Below, one piece after another: positions 43,987 through 54,093 of a stretch of 64,000 nt of DNA; positions within the stretch are counted from its first letter, which is position 1; every line of letters starts with the position of its first letter. A program made the position numbers and the translations under genes. Under the pieces are notes generated by a model. That model was not told the DNA's origin. It did not search any database and saw nothing but the letters and a program-made list of their open reading frames with translations. Source of the stretch: an uncultured Pelagibacteraceae bacterium (GTDB lineage: Bacteria; Pseudomonadota; Alphaproteobacteria; Pelagibacterales; Pelagibacteraceae); NCBI GenBank assembly GCA_902540785.1, contig CACBOA010000004.1:3082-67081 (forward strand), written 5' to 3'.

Positions 43987-45423
43987 ATGAAAGATAAAAA
44001 AAATTTTTATATAAATGGAAAATGGCAGGCTCCAAAAAGCAAACAACAAATTAAAGTTGTTAATCCTTCCACAGAAGAAAAATGTGCGATTATAACTCTT
44101 GGTAACAAAGAAGATGTTGATATTGCAGTAAGTTCTGCCAAAGAAGCTTATAACACCTGGGCTTTTTCAACTAAAGAGGAAAGAATAAAATTATTAGAAA
44201 AACTTTATGAAAATTATAAAAAAAGGTGGGCAGATTTTTCTGAAGCGATTACTACTGAAATGGGTTCACCAAAAGACTTTGCATCAAAACTTCATGTAGG
44301 CACAGGAGCTGCTCACATAAAATCGTTCATTAGACATCTTAAAAATTTTGAATTTGAAAAACCTTTAGGAAGTCATGCACCCAATCAAAGACTTTTATAT
44401 GAGCCTAAAGGTGTCTGTGCATTGATAACACCATGGAATTGGCCAATGAATCAGGTTTGCCTCAAGGTCATACCTGCCCTAGCATCAGGGTGTACAATGG
44501 TATTAAAACCTTCAGAACTTGCTCCATTGTCATCGATAATTCTCACCGAAATTATTGATGAAACAAATTTCCCCTCAGGAGTTTTTAATTTAGTAAATGG
44601 TGATGGAAATACAACCGGTGATGCTCTTATAAGACATCCAGACATTGATATGATTTCTTTTACTGGGTCAACTAAAATTGGGGCTTTGATTTCAAGAAAT
44701 ACAGCTAACGATTTTAAAAGAGTAAGTTTAGAATTAGGTGGCAAAGGAGCAAATATAATTTTTAAAGATGCCGATCCGAAAGCTATTGAATGGGGTGCTT
44801 TAAGATGTTTTAAAAATTCAGGTCAATCATGTAATGCACCAACAAGAATGTTAATTGAAAAATCGAATTATTCTGAAGCAATAAAAAAACTTAAAGCATT
44901 CACAGACAGTATAGAAGTAGGAGATCCTAAAAAAGAAGGAGAACATATTGGGCCAGTTGTATCAGAGTCTCAATATAATAAGATTCAGGATTTAATTAAA
45001 AAAGGCATTGATGAGGGAGCAAAATTAATTGCTGGAGGATTGGGAAAACCCGAAGGTATTGAAAAAGGATATTTTGTAAAACCAACTGTGTTTGTTGATG
45101 TAGATAACAGTATGGAAATTGCTAGAACTGAAATCTTTGGACCTGTATTGTCTGTTATACCTTTTGAGTCAGAGGAAGAAGCAATCAAAATCGCAAATGA
45201 TACTTCTTATGGATTAACAAATTATATTCAAACCCAAGATCAAGAAAAAGCTAGACGAGTTGCAAAAAAACTCAGATCAGGAATGGTTGATGTAAATTGT
45301 GCAGGACTATCAATAGACACACCTTTTGGAGGTTTTAAACATTCAGGAATTGGCAGAGAAGGTGGTGAGCACGGTCTTCAAGAATTTTTAGAAGTTAAAT
45401 CTGTTAGTGGATGGACTAATTAA
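43987..45423 (+). CDS. Aldehyde dehydrogenase family protein
   Basis: ITPWNWP, KPSE, FTGS, LELGGK, GQSC, EIFGPV, PFGGFK.SG.GRE. Confidence 0.93.
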   Translation: MKDKKNFYINGKWQAPKSKQQIKVVNPSTEEKCAIITLGNKEDVDIAVSSAKEAYNTWAFSTKEERIKLLEKLYENYKKRWADFSEAITTEMGSPKDFASKLHVGTGAAHIKSFIRHLKNFEFEKPLGSHAPNQRLLYEPKGVCALITPWNWPMNQVCLKVIPALASGCTMVLKPSELAPLSSIILTEIIDETNFPSGVFNLVNGDGNTTGDALIRHPDIDMISFTGSTKIGALISRNTANDFKRVSLELGGKGANIIFKDADPKAIEWGALRCFKNSGQSCNAPTRMLIEKSNYSEAIKKLKAFTDSIEVGDPKKEGEHIGPVVSESQYNKIQDLIKKGIDEGAKLIAGGLGKPEGIEKGYFVKPTVFVDVDNSMEIARTEIFGPVLSVIPFESEEEAIKIANDTSYGLTNYIQTQDQEKARRVAKKLRSGMVDVNCAGLSIDTPFGGFKHSGIGREGGEHGLQEFLEVKSVSGWTN

Positions 45424-46606
45424 GAGTAGATTTTTTTTTAATTCCCTCAAGAAATTTCAAACATTTTTTAAGTTCATTTAGTTCTATAAACTCATCAACT
45501 TTGTGAGCTTGTTCTATAGAACCTGGACCACAAACAACAGTACTGATACCTATTTCTTGAAATAATCCCGCTTCAGTTCCAAAAGAAACAACTTCCCTAG
45601 AATTATCACCAGTTAAACTTGAGACCAATTCACACGCTTCTGAATTATTTACTCGATCGAAACCTGTAACTTCACCAATTATTTCCTTTGTTATTTTTGA
45701 ATTAGGAAAAATTTTTTTCATTTCTGGTAATAAAATATCTTTTGCATATTCGTCTATTTGTTGATTTAGAAAAATGCCATCTTCTTTGACAACTGGTCTT
45801 GTCTCCCATTCAACACGACATTTGTCAGCTATTACATTATGAGCTATACCTCCAAATATACCTCCAACTTGTAATGTTGAAAAAGGAGGATCAAATATTG
45901 AGTCTATAGGTGCTCTTTTTTTTAATTCTTCTCTAAGCTCTATTAATTTGTTAGCATACCTTGATGCAAATTCAACAGCGCTGACACCTTTGTGTGGCAT
46001 TGAGCTATGTCCAGCTAGTCCCTCAAAATAAGTAGTGTATTCGTAACATCCTTTGTGTGCATCTATAATTTTCATATTTGTAGGCTCACCAACTATACAA
46101 ATTCCGTTTTGAATTTTTCTTTTTTTAAGTTCTTTAATTAATATTGGTGCACCTAAGCAAGCAGTTTCTTCGTCAAAAGTAAAAGAAAAATGAATATCTC
46201 TATTCAGATTAACTTTAGAAAAAATTGGAGCAAATGCTAAAGTGCATGCGATAAATCCCTTCATATCACAGGAACCTCTCCCATAAAGTTTATCTTCTTT
46301 AATTGTTGCTTTGAAAGGGTCTGTACTCCAACTCTTTGAAACAGGCACTGTATCAGTATGACCAGATAAAATTATAGGTTTAACGCCATTTGATTTTTTT
46401 GCTTTTATTGTTGCAAAAAGATTTACTCTTTTTTTTTCATCATCATATGTTTTAAATGAAGTTGCACCTAAATCATTTAGATATTTCTCACAATAATTAA
46501 TTAAATCATTGTTATCCTCTCCAGAAATAGTTTTAAATCCAATTAAATCAGATAAAATCCTAATAGAATTTTCGTATAATTTATCTAAATTTACTTCTGT
46601 ACTCAT
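45416..46606 (-). CDS. argE: Acetylornithine deacetylase-like M20 amidohydrolase
   Basis: SGHTDTVP, YGRGSCDMKG, DEE, GEPT, GTEAG, QAHK.DE. Confidence 0.88.
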   Translation of the reverse strand: MSTEVNLDKLYENSIRILSDLIGFKTISGEDNNDLINYCEKYLNDLGATSFKTYDDEKKRVNLFATIKAKKSNGVKPIILSGHTDTVPVSKSWSTDPFKATIKEDKLYGRGSCDMKGFIACTLAFAPIFSKVNLNRDIHFSFTFDEETACLGAPILIKELKKRKIQNGICIVGEPTNMKIIDAHKGCYEYTTYFEGLAGHSSMPHKGVSAVEFASRYANKLIELREELKKRAPIDSIFDPPFSTLQVGGIFGGIAHNVIADKCRVEWETRPVVKEDGIFLNQQIDEYAKDILLPEMKKIFPNSKITKEIIGEVTGFDRVNNSEACELVSSLTGDNSREVVSFGTEAGLFQEIGISTVVCGPGSIEQAHKVDEFIELNELKKCLKFLEGIKKKSTLN

Positions 46607-46635
46607 TAGTAATAATTAATATAAATATCTCATTT

Positions 46636-46977
46636 ATGAAAGAACAAATTACTTACGACATTTTTGAGAAGATAGATATTAGACTTGGGACAGTACTTTC
46701 AGTCAAAAAAAATGAAAAAGCCAGAAAACCATCTTTAGTTGTTGAAGTCGATTTTGGAAAAGAAATAGGTGTTAAAACATCTTCCGCCCAAATTACTCAT
46801 TTTTATAATGAGGAAAATTTAGTTGGTAAACAAGTGATTGGTGTTTGTAATTTTCCAGAAAAAAACATTGCTGGTATAAAATCTCAGTTTTTACTTTTAG
46901 GATCAATAGACTTTGAGGGAAAAGTGACACTGGTACATCCATCACAAAAAGCAGATAACGGTTTACCTATAGCATAA
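46636..46977 (+). CDS. csaA: CsaA-like tRNA-binding/chaperone protein
   Basis: F.KIDIR.G, VDFG.EIG.K.SSAQIT, NFP.K.IAG..S. Confidence 0.88.
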   Translation: MKEQITYDIFEKIDIRLGTVLSVKKNEKARKPSLVVEVDFGKEIGVKTSSAQITHFYNEENLVGKQVIGVCNFPEKNIAGIKSQFLLLGSIDFEGKVTLVHPSQKADNGLPIA

Positions 46978-46979
46978 AT

Positions 46980-47570
46980 ATGCACCCAGAGTTTTTATCA
47001 ATGGCACTCTTTTGGATTGTGGCTGCTTATACCCCAGGACCAAATAACGTTGTTGCATCTTACTCTGGTTTTAATTTTGGAATCAAAAAAACAATCCCAC
47101 ATATTTTTGGAGTTACCTTTGGGTTTACTTCTGTAGTATTTGCTTTAACAATCGGCTTGGTTAATGTTTTTAAACTGTTTCCAATTATACAAACAGTCTT
47201 AAAATATTTAGGAAGTTTATTTTTAATTTATCTAGCTTATAAAATTAGTTTTTCAAAACCATCTGATGAAAAAAAAAACGAAAACCCGATTTCCTTTTTG
47301 GATACTTTTATTTTTCAGTTTTTGAATCCAAAAGGCGTTTTAATTGGAATTATTATAGTCTCGACATATGTTGAATACGGAGAAAATTATCTTAATTATG
47401 CGACTCAAGTGGTTTTATTTGCTTTTATAGTATCTTTATCAAGCATCACCTTTTGGACTTTTGTTGGCAAATATTTAAGAAAATTTGCGACAAATGAGAA
47501 ATTTATTAAATACTTTAATTATGTTATGTCAGGGCTTCTTCTTTTGAGCATAATTACATTTTATATATAA
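46980..47570 (+). CDS. LysE family exporter
   Basis: TPGPNN, G..FG, FQFLNPKG. Confidence 0.88.
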   Translation: MHPEFLSMALFWIVAAYTPGPNNVVASYSGFNFGIKKTIPHIFGVTFGFTSVVFALTIGLVNVFKLFPIIQTVLKYLGSLFLIYLAYKISFSKPSDEKKNENPISFLDTFIFQFLNPKGVLIGIIIVSTYVEYGENYLNYATQVVLFAFIVSLSSITFWTFVGKYLRKFATNEKFIKYFNYVMSGLLLLSIITFYI

Positions 47571-47573
47571 GAT

Positions 47574-50243
47574 ATGAAACCAGGAAATAAAAATTCTTAC
47601 AATTCTTTATCTCACTTAGAGATTAATGGTAAAGATTTTAAATATTATTCTTTAAAAAAAGCTGAGTTGAATGGATTACAAGGTATTTCAAAATTACCGA
47701 AGTCATTAAAAGTTTTATTGGAAAATCTACTTAGGTACGAGGACGATGTATCAGTTAATAAGAGCCAAATTGAAGCTATAAAAAAATGGCTTGATACAAA
47801 AAAATCAAAAACAGAAATAGCTTATAGGCCAGCCAGAGTTTTGCTTCAAGATTATACAGGAATACCAGCAGTAGCTGATTTGGCTGCTATGCGAGAGGCT
47901 GTAAAAGAGAAAAATAAAGATCCAAACACAATTAACCCTTTGTCTGCAGTTGACTTAGTCATTGATCATTCCGTTCAAGTTGACCAATCTGCAAAAAAAG
48001 ACTCGTTTGAAAAAAATGTAGATATTGAATTTAAAAGAAATGGTGAAAGATATTCTTTTTTGAAATGGGGTCAAAGTGCCTTTAACAATTTTAGGATTGT
48101 TCCTCCAGGAACTGGTATTTGTCATCAGGTAAACTTAGAATATTTATCAAAAGTAGTTTGGTCAGAGGAGTATAAAGGTGACAAATATTTATTCCCAGAT
48201 ACACTTGTTGGAACAGACAGCCACACAACAATGGTTAATGGTTTATCAGTTCTAGGTTGGGGTGTTGGTGGAATTGAAGCTGAAGCAGGGATGCTTGGAC
48301 AACCTATTTCGATGTTAATCCCTGAAGTAATTGGGTTTGAAGTTACAAAAAAAATGCCAGAGGGTACAACTGCTACAGACTTAGTATTAACAGTGGTTAA
48401 AATGCTCAGAGACAAAGGTGTAGTTGGAAAATTCGTTGAATTTTATGGTGAGGGTTTAAAAAATTTAACTTTAGCTGATAGAGCGACAATAGCTAACATG
48501 GCTCCTGAATATGGAGCAACATGTGGATTTTTTCCGATAGATGAAGAAACTTTAAAGTATTTAGAATTTTCTGGACGAGATAAAGAAACAGTGGCAATTG
48601 TTGAAAAGTACGCAAAAGACCAAGGTTTATGGTCAAGTGACGAAATCGAGTTCACTGATAAAATTTCTTTAGATATGTCAACTGTAGTTCCAACTATATC
48701 GGGTCCTAAAAGACCACAAGACAAAGTTCTTTTAACTGACGCATCAAGTAATTTTAAAAAAGTATTTAAAGAGGCTACAGATAAAAAGGATTACAAAATT
48801 TCCAAGGTAAAAGACACAGATTATGAAATTAAGGATGGTTCAATATTAATTGCAGCAATCACATCATGTACCAACACTTCTAATCCAAATGTTCTAATTG
48901 GAGCTGGCCTTTTAGCAAAAAAAGCTGTTGAGTCAGGATTAAATGTTAAACCATGGGTTAAAACCTCTTTAGCCCCGGGATCTCAAGTAGTAACAGATTA
49001 TTTAGAGAAAGCCGGTCTGAATACTTACTTAGATCAATTAGGATTTAATTTAGTCGGTTATGGTTGCACAACTTGTATCGGTAATTCAGGTCCCTTGGCA
49101 GAAAATATAGTAGAGGCTATTCAAAAAGATAATTTATACGCCGTATCGGTTTTGTCAGGTAATAGAAACTTTGAAGGAAGAATTTCACCTCATATCAAAG
49201 CAAATTATTTAGCTTCTCCACCACTTGTTGTTGCTTATGCTCTTGCAGGGCACATGGAATTTGATTTATTTGAAGACTCATTTGGAAAAGATAAAAACGG
49301 TAAAGATATATTTTTAAAAGATATCTGGCCTTCAAATAAAGAAATAGAGGATACTTTGAAAAATTCCTTAAATGCAGATATGTTTGTTAAACGATATTCA
49401 AATGTATCTGAGGGACCAAAACAATGGCAAGAAATCAAAACAGAAAAAAGCAGCATTTACAATTGGGATGAAAATTCCACTTATGTAAAAAAACCTCCAT
49501 TTTTTGAAAATCTTAGCGATGAGCCAGAGGGCTTTAAAGAGATTAAAAATGCAAGACCATTACTGATATTAGGGGATATGGTTACCACTGATCATATTTC
49601 TCCAGCTGGCAATATTCAAAAAGATAGTCCAACAGGTGAATATTTTATGAATTATCAAATTCTTCCTAAGGACTATAATTCATATGGCTCTAGACGTGGA
49701 AATCATGAGGTAATGATGAGAGGAACATTTGCTAATATAAGAATTAAAAATGAAATGGCTCCAGGAACTGAAGGGGGTTTTACAAAATTGTATCCAGAAG
49801 AAAAAGTAATGTCAGTTTATGATGCAGTCGTGGAATATAAAAAAAGAGGAACTGATTTAGTTGTAATCGGTGGCAAAGAGTATGGCACAGGTTCCTCTCG
49901 AGACTGGGCTGCAAAAGGTACCAAACTTCTAGGAGTTAAGGTAGTAATTGCAGAGAGTTTTGAGAGAATACATAGATCTAATTTAATCGGAATGGGGATT
50001 TTGCCATTACAATTTACAGAAAATATGAATAGAAAAAATTTAAATTTATTGGGCTCAGAATTAATAAGTGTAGTAGACATTGAAAAAGGAATTAAACCAT
50101 CTGATAAAGTTAAAATTGAGATTAAGTATGTATCAGGTGACATTAGAATAATAGATACCCTATGCAGAATTGATACTAAAAATGAATTAGAGTATTATAA
50201 AAATGGTGGAATACTTCAATATGTTTTAAGAAATATGATTTAG
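47574..50243 (+). CDS. acnA: Aconitate hydratase A
   Basis: DHSVQVD, GICHQVNLE, GTDSHT, TSCTNTSNP, GCTTCIGNSG, TTDHISPAG, GSSRDWAAKG. Confidence 0.97.
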   Translation: MKPGNKNSYNSLSHLEINGKDFKYYSLKKAELNGLQGISKLPKSLKVLLENLLRYEDDVSVNKSQIEAIKKWLDTKKSKTEIAYRPARVLLQDYTGIPAVADLAAMREAVKEKNKDPNTINPLSAVDLVIDHSVQVDQSAKKDSFEKNVDIEFKRNGERYSFLKWGQSAFNNFRIVPPGTGICHQVNLEYLSKVVWSEEYKGDKYLFPDTLVGTDSHTTMVNGLSVLGWGVGGIEAEAGMLGQPISMLIPEVIGFEVTKKMPEGTTATDLVLTVVKMLRDKGVVGKFVEFYGEGLKNLTLADRATIANMAPEYGATCGFFPIDEETLKYLEFSGRDKETVAIVEKYAKDQGLWSSDEIEFTDKISLDMSTVVPTISGPKRPQDKVLLTDASSNFKKVFKEATDKKDYKISKVKDTDYEIKDGSILIAAITSCTNTSNPNVLIGAGLLAKKAVESGLNVKPWVKTSLAPGSQVVTDYLEKAGLNTYLDQLGFNLVGYGCTTCIGNSGPLAENIVEAIQKDNLYAVSVLSGNRNFEGRISPHIKANYLASPPLVVAYALAGHMEFDLFEDSFGKDKNGKDIFLKDIWPSNKEIEDTLKNSLNADMFVKRYSNVSEGPKQWQEIKTEKSSIYNWDENSTYVKKPPFFENLSDEPEGFKEIKNARPLLILGDMVTTDHISPAGNIQKDSPTGEYFMNYQILPKDYNSYGSRRGNHEVMMRGTFANIRIKNEMAPGTEGGFTKLYPEEKVMSVYDAVVEYKKRGTDLVVIGGKEYGTGSSRDWAAKGTKLLGVKVVIAESFERIHRSNLIGMGILPLQFTENMNRKNLNLLGSELISVVDIEKGIKPSDKVKIEIKYVSGDIRIIDTLCRIDTKNELEYYKNGGILQYVLRNMI

Positions 50244-50245
50244 AT

Positions 50246-50890
50246 ATGGATGAGGATATATCAATAATTAATTCAAATACGAGAAACGAAAAAATAAAAA
50301 ATTTTTTTTTAAATAATAAAAAAAAATTATTAGCTTTTTTGTTAGTTGTCGTAATCATGTTGATATTTTTTTTTAGCTATGGGGAGTTTAAAGATTATCA
50401 GAGACAAAAAGTTTCAAATTTATTTTATTCAACAATAATAGATTATGAGGAAAGCAAAAAAGAAAAAACTGTCAAAAAATTAACAGAAATTATTGAATTA
50501 AAAGATCCAACTTATTCTCCGCTTTCCTTATATTATATTTTAGATAATGATTTAATTTCTAATACTGATCGAATTAATGGTTTGTTTAATATTTTGATTA
50601 ATAAAACTTCTTTGGAAAAAGAGATTAAAAATTTAATAATTTATAAAAAAGGTTTGTATAATGCTGATCAAGTATCAGAAAATGAATTATTAGAAATTTT
50701 AAATCCAATTATTAAGTCTGAAAGTGTATGGAGTTCCCATGCATTGTATTTATTAGGAGAATATTTCTATTCAAAAAATCAAAAGCAAAAATCTAAAGAA
50801 TTTTTTAGTCAGATTATCAATTCAAAAAAACCGAATCCAGATATAATTACAGAGGCACAAAAGAGATTAAATAGAGATTTAAGTGATTAG
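50246..50890 (+). CDS. YfgM-like TPR membrane protein
   Basis: N-terminal TM after a basic segment, helical repeats; precedes a beta-propeller lipoprotein as in yfgM-bamB clusters. Confidence 0.65.
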   Translation: MDEDISIINSNTRNEKIKNFFLNNKKKLLAFLLVVVIMLIFFFSYGEFKDYQRQKVSNLFYSTIIDYEESKKEKTVKKLTEIIELKDPTYSPLSLYYILDNDLISNTDRINGLFNILINKTSLEKEIKNLIIYKKGLYNADQVSENELLEILNPIIKSESVWSSHALYLLGEYFYSKNQKQKSKEFFSQIINSKKPNPDIITEAQKRLNRDLSD

Positions 50891-52181
50891 AATTTTTATA
50901 TTTTTTTTGATATCTTTAATTTTAGTGAATTGCTCTCTAAATGAAAATTCAAAGATTTGGGGCAAGAAAAAAAAAAATATAGTTAATAAGAATATTGAAA
51001 TTGTATTTGATAAAAAAAAAATTTCCTATAAAGAACTAAATCCTAACATTAATTTAAATTTATCAAAAGTTAATATTAAAAATAATATTTTCGATAAAAA
51101 GAATAATTTTGGTATGCAAAATTATCCTGGGGAATTAAAAAAAATAAAAAACTTTAAATTTTCTAAGTTTAATAATGAGAATGAGTCAGATCTTGCCCCT
51201 TTATTCTTAAAAAATGGAGTAGTTTTTTTTGACAACAAAGGTTCGGTGATCAGATTTGATGATAAGCAAAAAATTATCTGGAAAAAAAATTATTACTCTA
51301 AGTTTGAAAAAAAAAATAATCCCAAACTTTCTTTTGCACTATCAGATAAAACACTTGTGGTTGTTGATAATTTATCTAATCTATTTTCAATAAATTTAGA
51401 AACTGGAGATTTGATTTGGAAAAATAAAAGTGATTATCCCTTTAACTCAGAAATTAAAACATTTAACGATAAGTTTTTCGCCATCGATATCAAAAATGTT
51501 TTAAGGTGTTATTTCATAAAGGATGGTTCAGAATGCTGGAATATTGAAACTGAAAAAACTCTGACAATAACAAGTTCAAAAAATTCTTTATTAATTGGAG
51601 ACAATATAGTCTATTTTATTAATAATTTAGGAGACCTGACAGCTGTAGAAATTTCCTCAGGAGATTTATTATGGCAACTTCCCACTCAAAGTAGAGATAT
51701 TATAAATGTCACTTATAATTTTAAAAATTCGAGGCTTGTTTCTGACAGCAAAAGTATTTTTTTTTCAAATAACAAAAACGAATTTTACTCGATAGATTTA
51801 AAAAATGGTTCCATAAATTGGATTAATAATATCAGCTCAAGCTTAACTCCAATTTTAGTTGATAACTTGATTATTACAGTTTCAGATAATGGTTATTTAT
51901 TTGTAGTTGATAAAGAAAAAGGAAATATAATTAAGATTAAAGATATTTATAAAATTTATAAAGATAAAAAAAGAAAAAAAAAAATTAAACCAATAGGATT
52001 TTCAATAAGTCAGGATAAAATTTATATATCTGGTAATGACGGTAAATTAATTATTTTAGAACTTAAAACCGGTAACGTTTTGAACGTAGAAAAAATCGCT
52101 CGAAATATAATGTCAAAACCCTTTTTATACAATAATCATTTATTTATGATTAAAAATGGTGCTGTTATACAATACAAATAA
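50883..52181 (+). CDS. PQQ-like beta-propeller lipoprotein (BamB-like)
   Basis: Lipobox-like ILVNC; repeated ..D.ETG.L.W / DG...W blades. Confidence 0.75.
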   Translation: MIRIFIFFLISLILVNCSLNENSKIWGKKKKNIVNKNIEIVFDKKKISYKELNPNINLNLSKVNIKNNIFDKKNNFGMQNYPGELKKIKNFKFSKFNNENESDLAPLFLKNGVVFFDNKGSVIRFDDKQKIIWKKNYYSKFEKKNNPKLSFALSDKTLVVVDNLSNLFSINLETGDLIWKNKSDYPFNSEIKTFNDKFFAIDIKNVLRCYFIKDGSECWNIETEKTLTITSSKNSLLIGDNIVYFINNLGDLTAVEISSGDLLWQLPTQSRDIINVTYNFKNSRLVSDSKSIFFSNNKNEFYSIDLKNGSINWINNISSSLTPILVDNLIITVSDNGYLFVVDKEKGNIIKIKDIYKIYKDKKRKKKIKPIGFSISQDKIYISGNDGKLIILELKTGNVLNVEKIARNIMSKPFLYNNHLFMIKNGAVIQYK

Positions 52182-52184
52182 AAA

Positions 52185-52616
52185 ATGTTTTTAAAATTTT
52201 TAGAAAAAATAGGTAGAAAAAAAATTGTTTTAGATAGGGGACCTTCTCATCCTGAATTTCATAAAGCAAAACCATGGATGAATAGATATTATGTCTTAAT
52301 GCGACATAGACCAAAGTGGTTTCCCTTTAATATTTTAATCCATGAAATGTTAGCAGATGATCATGGTAAGGGAGTCCATAACCATACATTTCCTTATATA
52401 ACAATAATACTAAGAGATGGTTATTGGGAAACACTAAGTACTGGAAAATTTTGGAGACCACCTGGATATATTGGGTTTAGATCAGCAAATAATCTTCATA
52501 GAGTTGATATTAAACCAGGTACAAAACCTCTAACAATATTTATATCTGGTCCTTTTGGACTTAGAAGGGGGCCAAGATCTGAATATGGCATTGATTTCAA
52601 GACCAAAAAAGATTAA
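52185..52616 (+). CDS. Cupin-fold hypothetical protein
   Basis: HNH.FP..TIIL..GYWE and LHRVD metal-binding cupin motifs. Confidence 0.7.
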   Translation: MFLKFLEKIGRKKIVLDRGPSHPEFHKAKPWMNRYYVLMRHRPKWFPFNILIHEMLADDHGKGVHNHTFPYITIILRDGYWETLSTGKFWRPPGYIGFRSANNLHRVDIKPGTKPLTIFISGPFGLRRGPRSEYGIDFKTKKD

Positions 52617-53674
52617 TGCCAAAGGATCTTGAAGAAAAATTCAAACTGCATTGTGAGTCTGAAAGTTTAGAAGTTAATCAAAACCAGATTAAAGTAATCA
52701 AAAAATTACAAAATTATTTTAATCAAAATTTTACATCCTCTTTACTCAAAACTTTATTTGTTAAAAATTCAAAAAAAGCTTTCTATCTACATGGTGGAGT
52801 TGGTGTTGGTAAAACAATGATCTTAAATTTTTTCTTTGATTTAATTAATCAAGAAAAAAAAAGACTTCACTTTAATGAGTTTATGTTGGAGTTTCACGAT
52901 TATGTACACAGTAAAAAATATAAAAATCAAGAGAACGTAGTAACTACTTTCGTTAAAAATTTAAAGTCAAAAGCATCACTTATTTATTTTGATGAATTTC
53001 AAGTTACTAATATTGTAGATGCTATGATTTTAGGAAAGCTCTTTGAGGAAATCTTTAAGGAAAATATTAAGATAATACTAACTTCAAATATTGAAATTTC
53101 TGAATTATATAAAGATGGCTTACAGAGAGATCAGTTTCTACCATTTATAGACATAATGAAAAAAAACTCTATCAATCACGAACTAACTATTGAAGATGAT
53201 TATCGAAAATCAAAAGAAAATCAAAAACAAAGATATTTTTTTCCCTTAAATCAAGAAACTAATTTTAAGATAAACAAATTTTTTAGAATTATTACGAAAG
53301 AAAAAAAAAATTCTCGTAAGGTTTTGAAAATAAAGGGTAGAGATTTTATAATAAAAAATTTTTACGAAAATATTTGCAGATTTAATTTCGATGAGCTTTG
53401 TGATCGAAATTTAGGAGCGGAGGATTATCTAGAGATAGTTAAAAATTCAAAATTTATTTTTATTGATGGAATACCACAATTTAACGATATCAATTCTAAT
53501 CAACAGCAAAGGTTTATAACTTTAATAGATATTATATATGATAAAAATTTACCTATAGCAGTAACTGCAAATCAAGATGCAAGTAAGTTTACCTCTTCGA
53601 GATCATTAAAGGAGCCATTTAAACGTACAATTAGTAGATTATATCAATTAACCTCCATGAAATATAATTTATGA
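52616..53674 (+). CDS. zapE: AFG1/ZapE family ATPase
   Basis: YLHGGVGVGKT, RLHFNEFM, FDEFQVTNIVDAMIL, LY.DGLQR..FLP, RTISRL. Confidence 0.93.
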   Translation: MPKDLEEKFKLHCESESLEVNQNQIKVIKKLQNYFNQNFTSSLLKTLFVKNSKKAFYLHGGVGVGKTMILNFFFDLINQEKKRLHFNEFMLEFHDYVHSKKYKNQENVVTTFVKNLKSKASLIYFDEFQVTNIVDAMILGKLFEEIFKENIKIILTSNIEISELYKDGLQRDQFLPFIDIMKKNSINHELTIEDDYRKSKENQKQRYFFPLNQETNFKINKFFRIITKEKKNSRKVLKIKGRDFIIKNFYENICRFNFDELCDRNLGAEDYLEIVKNSKFIFIDGIPQFNDINSNQQQRFITLIDIIYDKNLPIAVTANQDASKFTSSRSLKEPFKRTISRLYQLTSMKYNL

Positions 53675-54093
53675 GACAAAAATTTTATGATTTAAAAATA
53701 TATACTAATGGTCAGAAATTATATGATTTTACTGATCAAACCATTGAATGGATTAAAAAAAATGACTTTAAAAATGGTATGATAAATTTAAGTATTCAGC
53801 ATACTAGTGCATCATTAATTGTACAAGAAAATGCAGATCCAGATGTTCAAAAAGATTTGATCAATTATTTCAATAATTTAGTTCCAATGGATAATAAATT
53901 GTATATTCATACTACAGAGGGTAAAGATGATATGCCTGCACACATAAAATCATCAATAACAAATAACCAAATATCTTTAAGTATCAAAAACAGGAAGTTG
54001 TTACTTGGAACTTGGCAAGGAATCTATTTGTTTGAACATAGAATAAATCCTCAAACAAGATCTATCATTCATCATTTTTTAGGTGAGATTTAA
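53671..54093 (+). CDS. yjbQ: YjbQ/UPF0047 family protein
   Basis: HTSASL.VQENADPDV, H..EG.DDMPAHIKS, LGTWQGIYL.EHR. Confidence 0.93.
   Translation: MRQKFYDLKIYTNGQKLYDFTDQTIEWIKKNDFKNGMINLSIQHTSASLIVQENADPDVQKDLINYFNNLVPMDNKLYIHTTEGKDDMPAHIKSSITNNQISLSIKNRKLLLGTWQGIYLFEHRINPQTRSIIHHFLGEI

Noticed and set aside
50960-51990. Long A-runs (up to about 11 nt) as phase-variation or frameshift sites
   Set aside because: Frames stay open and such runs are common throughout this AT-rich, Lys-rich sequence
50246-54093. Possible prophage remnant or island around the cupin gene
   Set aside because: No integrase, structural genes, att-like repeats or tRNA; flanking genes are housekeeping and tightly coupled
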